From assembly GCF_006345805.1 (NCBI RefSeq), contig NC_042998.1, positions 14,384,001 to 14,448,000 on the forward strand: 64,000 nt of DNA, in the 5' to 3' direction. Position numbers and translations under genes: made by a program. The notes under the pieces were generated by a model. The model saw nothing but the letters and a program-made list of their open reading frames with translations, searched no databases and was not told the DNA's origin. The DNA is from Octopus sinensis (taxonomy: Eukaryota). Below are positions 26,410 to 38,344 of this stretch, one piece after another (position 1 is the first letter of the stretch; each line of letters opens with the position of its first letter).

Positions 26410-26510
26410 TATACATTATATATATATATCATATATATATATATTATATATAATATATATATATATATATATATCCATATATTTTTATTATATATATGTT
26501 TATATATATA

Positions 26511-26981
26511 CTAGCAGTATCACCCGGTGTTGCTTAGGTTTGTTTCGACCCTTTAGAATTGGAATTTTTGAAAAGTAAAAATTCTGCATTATGCAACTTG
26601 TTATTCACTTCAAGTGAACATTTTTCCAGTTGAAATACACCGAAAAATGGTGACGCAGCAGTCAAAAATCGTAAAAAATAGGGATTTTCATAGAAAAAAG
26701 CACCTTTTTGATGTAAATAATTTTTGGTGTTAACATGATCCGATTTGAATTTTGTCTCCTACAGAATGAAGAGCAAGCCTTCTTCTATCATACTCTCAAT
26801 TTTGGTCAACTTGCGCTGCAGGGTCTCGAAGGAGATAGTGTTAGTTGAAGGATACCAAACCTGCCACACACATACAACTTCATCCTTAATAATGAAACTT
26901 GGTAGATCCAAAAGTTAAACACACATACACACACACAGATACACACACAGACACACAAGTTGAGTTTTATATATATATAGA
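26511..26981 (-). mobile_element. Non-autonomous Helitron
   Basis: On the minus strand the 5' end is A|TCTATATATATATAAAA (26981). The 3' end has the subterminal hairpin-like CCTAAGCAACACCGGG followed by CTAG|T (26511), so the element sits at an A|T site. Confidence 0.8.
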
Positions 26982-27515
26982 TTTCTCAACGGGGATTTCA
27001 GGGGAGAGTTTCATGGAGTCGCTGGCGATGTATCGTGATGATCAAAAATCCGCCCTGCTAAAATTTGGTTAAAGTGATTCAAACTGCAGACTCAACGCAA
27101 AATGGTCACATTTAATTCAAAGCGTTAAAAATGTTAAGAAAACAATTGGTATGTGTCCACAAAGCCCAAACGATTAATACGAAAAAACCCTCAAGGCTAC
27201 ATCCCGAAAATTCATTTCTTTGACGAATTTCTACGTTTACGGCGATTCGTTTTTATATCTTGATTTTTTTTATTTTTCATGCAATTTACGCATGCTTGCA
27301 CGCGTGGTGAACACAGTTCACGTCAAACAGCTGACTGAGTAAAGTTCACAATTCAATGCATGGGATAAGGCCTAAACAAACACATTGTCGATGTTTGCAC
27401 TTGCGAGATGAATTTCGGAACAGAAATAGCGCAGTTCAATTTTCATTCGCCTAAACTTTAAGTGACCCATTTTTGGTGGTTCTACGATTTGTTGGCTAGA
27501 AGGAGATGTGCCTGG

Positions 27516-27607
27516 AAGTTAAACACACAGACACACACACAGATACACACACAGACACACACACAGATGCACACACAGACACACAAGTTGAGTTTTATAT
27601 ATATAGA
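27516..27607 (-). mobile_element. Second copy of the same Helitron 5' terminus
   Basis: aagttaaacacacagacacacacacagatacac...cacaagttgagttttatatatatagat, nearly identical to 26912-26982. Confidence 0.8.
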
Positions 27608-27997
27608 TATAAATATATAAGGTAAAATCGGTAGATCCTCGGAAAAAGTTTTTATGGCACACATTTGTTCCAGTTCTTTGACATTTTTAGTTCAAAATTA
27701 CGCCATTTTTCAACTTTACCTTTTATATTCCGCTGTCGATAAAATAAAATCACCGTGCAGGGGGTGGGGTAGAGCTTAGCGGAATTGTGTGTTGAGAAGA
27801 ATGCATCAATTTTCTATAATACATATTTTGACTCTTTATCTTCTAAGTGTGGAAGGGCGTGGATTAGTGGTTAGTGTGTTGGACTCATGATCGAAAGATT
27901 GTACTTTCGATTCTTGGACCATTTCACATTGCTGCAGTCCACTCAGCTTGCAGAAATAAGTAATCTTGCAACAGAACGGCGTCCCGTACAGGTTGGG

Positions 27998-28059
<62 letters not shown>

Positions 28060-28224
28060 ATGGAAACCGGGTAATTGTCCTATCGGTTTATTTACTCAGG
28101 AAGGATTTTTTTTTACCCTCTAAATATCCATGTGGCATGGCGAAGATTTTTATCTATAGACTGAAAGACAATGTCATGTAAAAATTAATCCAACTGGAAG
28201 CAACCAATAAAATAAAATAAATAC

Positions 28225-28435
28225 GCCCTTTTTTAAAGCCTAGCCAGGCTCATGGGCCCGGTTTCCCGGTTTCTATGGCGTATGTGTTCTCCAGCTGGAC
28301 GGGACGCCGGTCCATCGCAGCGTTACTCATTTTTGCCAGCTGAGTGGACTGGAGCAATTTGAAATGAAGTGTTTTGCTCAAGAACACAACGTGTCGCCAG
28401 GTCCAAGAATCGAAACCACAATCTTACGATCATGA
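28225..28435 (-). mobile_element. SINE with CORE-like and V-domain-like segments
   Basis: Minus strand reads gtgttcttgagcaaaacacttcatttc...ctccagtccactcagctggcaaaaatgagtaacgctgcgatggaccggcgtcccgtccag. Its tail ccgggaaaccgggcccatgagcc is shared with 54899-55195. A degenerate relative lies at 27850-27995(+). Confidence 0.75.
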
Positions 28436-29154
28436 TACGGACGAAATGCTGCTGAACATTTTGCCAAGCGTACTAACGATTCTTATTTCTTTATTGCCCA
28501 CAAGGGCTTATACATAGAGGGAACAGTCAAAGACAGACAAAATGATTAAGTCAATTACATCGAGCCCAGTGTGTAACTGGTACTTAATTTATCGACTCCG
28601 AAAGGATGAAAGGCAAAGTCGACCTCGGCGGAATTTGAACTCAGAACGTAACGGCTGACAAAATACCTATTTCTTTATTACCCACAAGGGGCTAAACACA
28701 GAGAGGACAAACAAGGACAGACATAGGTATTAAGTCGATTACATCGACCCCAGTCCGGAACTGGTACTTAATTTATCGACCCCGAAAGGATGAAAGGCAA
28801 AGTCGACCTCGGCGGAATTTGAACTCACAACGTAACGCAGACGAAATACCGCTAAGCATTTCGCTCTGCGTGCTAACGTTTCTGCCAGCCCAACACCTTA
28901 TCATTTGGTAATATTGATGGTCGAAAACAGCGGTGAGCTTGCAGAACAGTTTTCACGCTGGGCAATATACTTAGCGGCATTTCTGCGTCGTTGCGTTCTG
29001 AGTTCAAATTCCACCGAGATCAATTTTGCTTGTCATTTTTTCGGGATCGACAAAATAAGTACCAGTTGATCACCGGAGTCGATGTAATCGACTTACCTCG
29101 CCCTTGAAATCACTCGTCTTGTGCCAAAAATTGAAAACAATATAAGATGTCGAA

Positions 29155-29620
29155 ATGTTTTGGAGTTCTATATTACAAGAACTGGGTCACTTCAGAGAGC
29201 TTTCACTTAAAAAATTAAGAACATAACTGATCTTGATTATGGGGGCCACCTTAAAACATTGAATCTTTATTCTCTCCAGCGTCGACGTGAGCGCTAAATT
29301 ATTTGGGCAATGTGGAGAATGTACTGTCAGCATGGTCCAAACAACCTTAACATCAGAATTCATCGAAGGCTGGGGCCACGAGCCATAAGCTCCTTACACA
29401 ATTCAGACTGACAACTATTAAATTCGCTACAGCACAATTTATTTTCCTCAACAGGTCCTGTTCTATTTAGCATTATCCAAAAGCAAATCAAAGAAGGAAA
29501 AGATTCCACCAGCTTTAAAGAAAATCTGGACAAATTTCTTCATGAGATACCAGATAATCCACCTCACCTGGCTATATCTCAGTCAAGCAACTCCCTACTT
29601 TGATGGATCATAATATCACA
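29155..29620 (+). mobile_element. Degenerate CR1-type LINE 3' fragment (RT thumb region)
   Basis: Translation fragments LKTLNLYSLQRRRER*IIWAMW and GPVLFSII...FKENLDKFLHEIPDNP parallel the 38427-38858 ORF. Confidence 0.8.
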
Positions 29621-29859
29621 AAACCTGACTTTAAAATGACTTTCCAGATTCTATCAGATGGTGGTGTTAAGTGAGACACGGATTGGGCCAATGTTTGCTT
29701 CAAACATTCTTTTTCTTTTCTTTTATTAGTTTCAGTCATTTGCCCGCGGCCATGCTGAAGCACCGCCTTCAGTCGAGCAAATCGACCCCAAAAACGTAAA
29801 CACACCGACATCTGTTGTCAAGCGATATTGGGGGGGGGGCACTCAGACATTCAAACATA

Positions 29860-30023
29860 TACATACGCGGAGTAGACGAAACAGGGAATATTCCTTGTGT
29901 TGAATGTCTTGTACTATGTTTTTTCGTTGTTTGAAAAAATAGTTCGTTTCTATGTTTTTGTTTTTATGCTTTCGTTTCTCATTGTGTTTAACCCTTTTAT
30001 TTATGCCCTGTACCCATATATGC

Positions 30024-30057
<34 letters not shown>

Positions 30058-31600
30058 GTGTAATAAATAAAATATATGCATACATACAAACATATATGTA
30101 CGTACCTACATCTACATGTATATATACATGCATATATAAATATATATACGTGTGTACAGGACACCACAAATAGACGTAGAACTCAACGAGAAACGAAAAA
30201 GTAAAAACAGCATGGAACGGACCATTTTTTTAACAACGAACAACAGAGTACAAGACAACTACACAAGGAAAAATCCCCTTCATCAGCTGTCCCTGGTTCA
30301 ACTCCAGCGTGTTGAAATAATTTTCACGAGCGCAGGAAGAAACATGTTTACTTGAAGAAGGCCGCCAGCGAAAGGAAGTTCGTCGACCCGGCTGTGAGAG
30401 AGATGAGGAGGAGTGAGGGATTTTTCCTTGTGTAGTTGTCTTGTACTCTGTTTTTTCGTTGTTAAAAAAATGGTCCGTTCCATGCTGTTTTTACTTTTTC
30501 GTTTCTCGTTGAGTTCTACGTCTATTTGTGGTGTCCTGTACACACGTATATATATTTATATATGCATGTATATATACATGTAGATGTAGGTACGTACATA
30601 TATATTTGTATGTATGCATATATTTTATTTATTACACTATTGTATGACTGAGGGCCCTCGCGTCGATTCGATTCGTTTCGTTTCGATTCGTTTCTCCTTC
30701 TTCTCTAAGCTGGTTTTTATATATAATTATGACGCGAAACCCTATAACTCCTTCTTCTCTCTTTCTTTCACCCTCTTTGGCTTCCTTCCTTTCTATTTCT
30801 CTCTCTCACTCCTTCTCATGTCTCTCACAGCCGGGTCGACGAACTTCCTTTCGCTGGCGGCCTTCTTCAAGTAAACATGTTTCTTCCTGCGCTCGTGAAA
30901 ATTTTTTTCTCGTCTACGCTTATAGGCCCTCTTTATTTGTTTTCCTGCCCTATTTCTATTCCCTCTTGTACTGTATGTTTTGTAATTGTATTTTTATCTT
31001 GTATTTGTTTTTAATTGTATTGTTTTTACGTCCTGTTTTTGTCACATTTTTTTTCTTTGTTTTTACCCCTCTGCAAAGGAATTTTATTTAATTCCTTCGC
31101 AGGAAGCACTAGTTCGACGAGACGTGTTCTATCCTCACCTTCGAAACACGCTGGAGTTGAACTAGCGACAGCTGATGAAGGGGATTTTTCCTTGTGTAGT
31201 TGTCTTGTACTCTGTTTTTTCGTTGTTAATAAATGGTCCGTTCCATGCTGTTTTTAGTTTTTCGTTTCTCGTTCAGTTCTACGTCTATTTGTGGTGTCCT
31301 GTACACACGTATATATATTTATATATGCATGTATATATACATGTAGATGTAGGTACGTACATATATGTTTGTATGTATGCATATATTTTATTTATTACAC
31401 TATTGTATGACTGAGCGCCCTCGCGTCGATTCGATTCGATTCGTTTCGTTTCGTTTCGTTTCTCCTTCTTCTCTAAGCTGGTTTATTTATATATATATAT
31501 ATATATATAGATGTAAGTATGTACATATATGTATGTACATATGCATATATTTATATATTATTTATATTATTATATGATCGAACGCCACGCATCCTTTTCC
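29860..31600. mobile_element. Rearranged (inverted plus direct) copies of an interspersed repeat, probably Penelope-like pLTR-derived
   Basis: 30054-30277 is inverted versus 30417-30641, 30319-30416 is inverted versus 30805-30903, and 30417-30690 is direct versus 31181-31460. Relatives at 34640-34960 and about 37250-37880. Carries CTGATGAAGGG/CTGAAGAAGGG and GAAACGCG motifs. Confidence 0.6.
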
Positions 31601-32262
31601 AAGTAAGTTTTATATATATGATGGGCTTTCAGTTTCCGTCTACCAAATCTACTCACAAGGCTTTTGTCGGCCCGAGGCTATAGTAGAAGATAGTTGCCCA
31701 AGGTGCCACGCAGTGGAACTGAACTCGGAACCATGTGGTTGGTAAGCAAGCTACTTACCACACAGCCACTCCTAATCCTTCTTCATAGAAAAAATATGTA
31801 CGTATCATTACCTGTGTTTAATATAGAAGCTATGTATACATCCAAACAAGTTACATATCGAACGGTTGCAAATGAAGCAGTATATTTTCCCTTCTTCCTC
31901 CCGGGATAAATATATAATCCAACTTTTGAAGCTTGTGTATCTTAGTTTAATTATCATCCGACGTGGTGGGCAGTCGTGGGATTCTTGAGATTCCACTCAC
32001 TCTTCATTCTCTATAACAACAATAAACCCACGCAATGCTGGAAATATAATTCTGCATTATGTGTGTGTGTGCGTGATTGCGAGTGTTTGCGCGTTTGTGC
32101 GTATGTATGTACGTATGTAAGTGCATACGCGTTTCTAATTATACATATCTATATCCAAATTTATATATATATATACATATATATATATATGTATGCATAT
32201 ACATATATATATATACATATATATATTATATATATATACATATGTATGTATATATATGCATA

Positions 32263-32328
<66 letters not shown>

Positions 32329-33429
32329 TATATGTGTGTATATATACATACATATGTATGTATATATATATATATGCATACATATAAATATATATATGTA
32401 TATATATGTATATACATATATATGTATATATATATGCATACATATATATATATATGTATATATATATGTATATCTATATGTATGTATATATTCCGTTTTG
32501 GTATATGGTGAGTGATTTAAATTATAAGGCACTAAAAGTGAATGACTCTCGCCAGACACAACTGCGAATGTATATAAATGTATATATGTATGTATGTATC
32601 TATGTATGTATCTATGTATGTATGTATGTATGTATGTATGTATGTATGTATGTATGTATGTATGTATGTATGTATGTATGTACGTATGTATATATGTATA
32701 TACATAAATGCGCACACGTATGCACATTCATACGTACGTACATACATACACTCGCGCACAGAAACACATAAACACACACACACACATATATATGTTTGCA
32801 TATCTGAATATATATGTGATATGTGTGTATGTATGAATGTATGCATATATATATAGGGGTATATGTCCTTATACATATAAGTGTGGGCAAATACAAACGC
32901 ATAGATATACATACATAGAGGCACAACAAACACCCACGTGCATATATATATATATATATATATGCATACCCATGTACGTGTGTATGTTAATATCTGTGTG
33001 CATATTGTTATGTATAGAAATTTTGTAGTATCATATTGTTTACCATAGATGTATATTAATACAAGCTAAATCTATATTCATTACAATGAAATAAATCACG
33101 GTATGATATAACCCGCCAAGCTCTCATCAAAATGTAATATATCTGTATTTATGATTAACTTTGTAGCAAATACTTAATATATGTATAGCAACCGTGTAAA
33201 TATACGTGAATACAAAACATTTTTACCACTAGTTGACTGTATAAAGAATAATTTACTCAAATTACCTTTCATAGAAAAATAATTTTAGCGTCAGCTGGAT
33301 TCTGTATGCGAATATCGTACAGTAATGTGTGTATTGTTAGTATAATGTAATGGATCGGTAAGAAATGCCTGATCTATTAAAACTAAATGAATAGTGCATA
33401 GATTTGTGAATGGTAATGCCAGTTCTTGT

Positions 33430-33620
33430 TAAGGAAAACAAGGGCGGGAACTTCGTAACAAACTTCTAGTGACGCCATCTTGGAAATCTCCAGAACGCAT
33501 GCGCAGAGTTGGAGTCTTCCGGGAGGCCGGCCGGAAGTTCCCTCATGCCCATGCGCAGAAAACTAGCAGCAGCGAAATTCCCTCGTATCGTTATCTCGAA
33601 TGCCGACAGCTGAACAAGAC
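33430..33620. promoter_or_regulatory. CpG-rich putative (possibly bidirectional) housekeeping-type promoter
   Basis: GGGCGGGAA at 33442 (E2F/Sp-like), CGCCATCTT at 33473 (YY1), ACGCATGCGC at 33495 and CATGCGCAG at 33550 (NRF1-like), TTCCGG at 33517 and CCGGAAGT at 33531 (ETS). All lie within about 120 bp of non-repetitive, locally GC/CpG-rich DNA. Candidate donor GAAG|gtaacg at 33843. Confidence 0.6.
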
Positions 33621-35827
33621 AGACGCGTTTTATCAGCTTTCTCAAGCTGCTACCTCGTGGCGTATCTCCGCTATGCTTGAACTGACAGGATTTGGCTCAT
33701 TCCACTTGACTGCTGCGATAAGCTCCTAGGCTGCCAATTCACCCAGAAAGAAGAATGTATATATTGCGAATCAAGAAAGAAATATTTATACTCTTGAAGT
33801 TAATCTGAAGCCTTGACTCTTTCCTTCGATTAATATTTGAAGGTAACGAATGCGAGCTTCACCCTTCCAGTGCGGGGACCTCTCATCCTGTTACAAACTG
33901 ATTCAAATTTCAATGGATATAGGCAACGGCGAGTGAATCGGATTTTTGTAAGAACCGAGCGTATTTCAATGTTTTTAGACCTCATGAGTAAGGGTTACAT
34001 ATGCACGTTAATAAGGATATTAGAGTAGTATCATATGTAGTATCAACCGTGTGAAATTCTGCATTGATTTTACAATTTAAAATAAAGTCAGTGGAAAATT
34101 TTCCTGTGATTACTTTGCATGCCGGAGATAAAGTTAAATACAGGTTAACATGCAAAATGAAAATTAAAGTTATTAGTGTCTAATTAGCTATTAGCGCCTA
34201 AACGTTGCCGGAAGTATCACTGCATATTACTAAAGAATACACTCTATTTCCAAACTAAAGTCTCACAGCAGGTTTCCATACAATTTTTAATCAAATTAAC
34301 TTTCCGTTTAGTCTTAGAATTCCATGTGAAGAATTGCCACTAATGTAACTTCAGTTGATTAGAGATTCTTTGTTAGCACACTAGATTAAAGAAGTTACCA
34401 CTCCCTTAAATATATGTTCCTGTTATATACATTTTTACATGCATACATACATACATACATACATGCATACATACATACATACATACATACATACATGCAT
34501 ACAGATATGATTACATATATACATACATGCATACATATAAACTGAAATATTGATAAGCAAAGAATATATATATATGATATAAATTATATATACATATATG
34601 CATATATACATATATATATATACAAGCCTACATATATATATATATACATGCATATATTGTCCTTATCCTCGAAACGCGGAGGAGATGAAACAGAGACAAC
34701 TGAAGAAGGGAATATTCTATATGTTGTGTGTCTCGTTTCTCTGTGTTTTTTCGTTGTTTGAAAAAAGTTCGTTTCTATGTATTTGTTTTTAGGTTTTCGT
34801 TTCTCATTGTTTTCAACGTTTTTTATGTCCTGTACCCATATATGCATGTACATATACATATATATGTAGGTACGTACATATATGTATGTATATATTCATA
34901 TATTTATATATTATTTTATATTGTTATATGATCGAACGCCACGCATCCCTTTCCATGTTTTATATATATATATATATATTAGATAAAAAACGAATGATTT
35001 ATACTTGGTAGCTTACTGGTAGAGCACGGTTACTCTCAGAGTGGTTCGTTATGTATTTGGTTTATGAGACACAGAACATGAAGGATGCATGAATTTTTAT
35101 TAATCACTACAATTGTTTCGATGCTGCAGATATGAGTTTTCGAACAATGGGAGTTTGTGCAATGGGCGTTGGTGGAGTGGCATTTTGTGACGACTAGAAT
35201 GTTCTTTTGTAACTCTTTTGCCAGATTCATCATGGCCAAAAAAGAATTCTGTTTTGGAGAATTGAAAATGTTTGTTGTTGTGGATTTTGCGTTGGTTAGG
35301 GATCCCGTTTATATTTCTATTTGTGCGACGAGTCCTCGGGAGATGGGTAAATGGACAATTATGCTGTAGACATAATCTGTTACGCTGGGAATAGCGGCAG
35401 ACCCTAGGGTTCCGTGTAGCATGAGTGATTTTTTTTCAAATTCGATTTAATATTTGGTGAAGGTGGTGGTGGTGGTGGTGGTGGTGGTGTGGTAGTGGCG
35501 TTGTTTTAAATTGTGCACTTTGAAGGTAGCGGCTGTTGTGAGGAGGAATTGAACGTCTAGTCCCTCTGGTAAATGAGTGAATTTGCAATCACTGTCAATG
35601 CGCAGCCTCTTGTGTAGTGAATAGCGGTATATTTTGGGGGTTTCGTGTATAGGCTGTAAGAGGCATAGATTTTAATTTGTGTACATTTACGGAGATGTAC
35701 TTGCATAGCAAGTGATTTGATCTGAGATCGTGTGCTGAAACGAAAACAATTGCAGCGTGGAAGGTGTTTGTAAGCCATTTAAGAAACACACAAAAGCCGT
35801 TCGATTCACTTCAACATTTAAGTTTAA

Positions 35828-35878
35828 TTTGTCAAAATATTTTCGTCGCTTTAAGACCGCGACCTGTTCACTGACAAA
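35828..35878 (-). ncRNA. Minimal type I hammerhead ribozyme with G3:C8 compensatory core
   Basis: Minus strand reads TTTGTCA-GTGAACA-G-GTCGC-ggtcttaaa-GCGAC-GAA-AATATT-T-TGACAAA. This gives a perfect 7-bp stem I, a perfect 5-bp stem II, a palindromic stem III (AAUAUU) and a UUU cleavage triplet. Confidence 0.75.
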
Positions 35879-35899
35879 AAGTGTTTGGCAAATTCATTA

Positions 35900-36587
35900 A
35901 GGGGTCTTCAAGCATTTAGTTGGTTTATCACAAATTGGAAATGTAGTAGGTTGAAGCTGTGTCTGTTGCTGTTTTTGAGGTGGTTGTTGTAGCTGTAATT
36001 GTTGATGTTGTTGTGATTCTTGCTGCTGTAATTGTTGCTGCTGTTGAAGATATGATGGGTGGATAACAAACTCTGGTTAAATGGACTGTGAACAGCTGGA
36101 GTCTGAGAAGTTGACCGTTTCATTAAGTAGGCCGTCAATTGAAGTTGAATTAAGGAGTGTTAAAGGTTGAGGCAGGGTCAGTTGTTCCTGCTGCGGTTGT
36201 TGTTGTTGTGGTGGTAGTGGTGGTGATTGTTGTTGTTTTTGCTGAAGTGGTCGTTGTAGTTGCTGTGATGGCTATTGTGGTTACCGAGGTGGTTGTTGTT
36301 GATGTTGTTGTTGTTCTTGGTGTTGACCAGTATTTGAAGAGAAAAACCCGTTGGAGTTTTTCAAAATGTCCGTTAATGAATTTAAATGCCATTTCAATGT
36401 GTTTAAGTTTGTTTTGAATCTGCTTCTCGGAGCGATCTCTGAAAAGGTGAATTGTACGTCTGGCTATTAGGTCGCGGCATGATGTGTCTATGTTTTCCGT
36501 TCGAGCAAGACAGAACCATGAATTTATCAGAAGGTCTATTTCATTCTTTGACCAATTTTCTATAGATTTTTGTTGTTGAGTAGTCAT
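35900..36587 (-). pseudogene. Degenerate ORF: Myb/SANT-like (trihelix/MADF-like) N-terminus plus Gln/Pro-rich low-complexity region
   Basis: ORF 36150-36587 begins MTTQQQKSIENWSKNEIDLLINSW...FRDRSEKQIQNKLKHI (W-S-x2-E-x3-L-I and R-S-x2-Q-I-x2-K-L-K patterns). In a shifted frame the downstream sequence reads QHQEQQQHQQQPP*PQ*PSQQLQ...QQQQQLQQQESQQHQQ, with stops consistent with CAA/CAG>TAA/TAG changes. Confidence 0.55.
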
Positions 36588-37881
36588 CTTAGAGTTGTTG
36601 TTTTTTTTGCTTTTTTTAATATATTTGTTTGTTAATTATCGATTTACTCCTTGCGTTAATGTTTAGTTGTGTAGAAACATATGCATCAGTAGTGAAGAGT
36701 TAGTGTAGATTGTATTTGTATTTGAGATAAATATTTACAGATGCTTGAAGACAAAATATTATACGATATGTATATGATAGTGCAGAACTTTTTGTTTTCA
36801 TAAGGAAATTTGTAGTTCGAAAGTGAAGTATGTTTGGTTTTGCGAAATTTTGTGATAGTTTGATACATATAGTCTTATATATGCGGCCATTAGTTTTAAA
36901 GGGAGAGTTTTCGATAGGGATACATGAATGAAAATTCAAAAGTGTGTGCGTAAATTTTGGGTGCTCTATGAATTTAATAAAATCGCAGAATGCATGTGTG
37001 CGTGCGCATATATTCAATAGAATCACAGGAGAACTTTATACTGTACTCACGAGAAATCATTTCTTTTTCCACAGGTTATTGCAGGCGTTATGGGGTCAAA
37101 ATTAATCTTCTGTTGCTTTCTCATCGCAGCTTTCGCAGGAATTTGGAACCAAAATTTAAAGATTTCTGAGTTGATATGGTTTCTGTTTCTTCAACTACTT
37201 ACTAAACAGAGCGATGAAAAACGCTTCCGGGTGCCACGGTGTCTCCTCTCCCCTTCACCGTTCCCTCTCTCTCACTCTTCCTCCTCGACTCTCTCGTCGC
37301 TGACACGTGATGAGAGGGAAGCTATCTTTCCGACTACTACCTTCACAAAGACTAGACGGGCTTATCTTGTCTCTTCATAAGCCCGTCTCCTTGAACGTTC
37401 AGAATAATTTTTCCATCGTCTTGGCTTAACAACCCTCATTGTTTGTTTTTATTGTTTTCTTCTCATTGTTCTGTCTTTTACTGTTTTTACTTTTTATTGT
37501 TTTACTGTTTTGTTCTCACTGTCCTGTTCTTGTAACCACTTTCACCCTCCGCAAAAAATCCCAAACTTTATTTAATTTGCTTTGCGGGAAGGACCGTTTC
37601 AACGAAGTCGCGTCTTGTCTTTACCTTCGAAACGCAGAGTAGATGAAAAAAGGACAACTGAAGAAGGGGAATATTCCTTGTGTTGTATGTCTCGTTTCTC
37701 TTGGGGTTTTCTTTCGTTGTTTGAAAAAAAGTTCGTTTCTATGTTTTTGTCTTTATGTTTTCGTTTCTCATTATGTTCAAAGTTTGTTGATGTCCTGTAC
37801 CCATATATGCATGTATATATACATATATATGTAGGGATGTACATATATGTATGTGTATATACATACATTTATATATCATAT

Positions 37882-37942
<61 letters not shown>

Positions 37943-37949
<7 letters not shown>

Positions 37950-38120
37950 CTACTCGCTACAGCAAAAATCGAAGAACTGAAGTCGGGCAAGCTGGTCGTT
38001 AGAATTTTTAAAATTCGTTATTGAATCAATTCAATATAGAGATAACGAATTTTTAAAATTCTAACGGCCAGCTTGCCCGACTTCAGTTCTTCGATTTTTG
38101 CTGTAGCGAGTAGATTATAT
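37943..38120. mobile_element. Palindromic MITE-like element (79-bp arms, 20-bp loop) adjoining (TA)n
   Basis: atataatctactcgctacagcaaaaatcgaagaactgaagtcgggcaagctgg..attcgttat and its reverse complement, with about 2 mismatches. Confidence 0.85.
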
Positions 38121-38295
38121 GTGGAAATTGACGATTTAATAGTCTGTTATCAGCATATTGGCTTTGAAATAATTTCCTTTAGCCCTTACTTATAAGTTGT
38201 TTATAATTTTAACCGTAAAGGTATTTTAATATGCTGCCACATTTCTTGATGGAATTTTTTTCTGTAGAGAAAAAAACTTGATCCTATATTAGTAG

Positions 38296-38333
<38 letters not shown>

Positions 38334-38344
38334 ATATATTATAT

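Noticed and set aside
35003-35050. tagcttactggtagagcac...ggttcg resembling tRNA D and T loops
   Set aside because: The spacing is too short for an anticodon arm and there is no acceptor stem.
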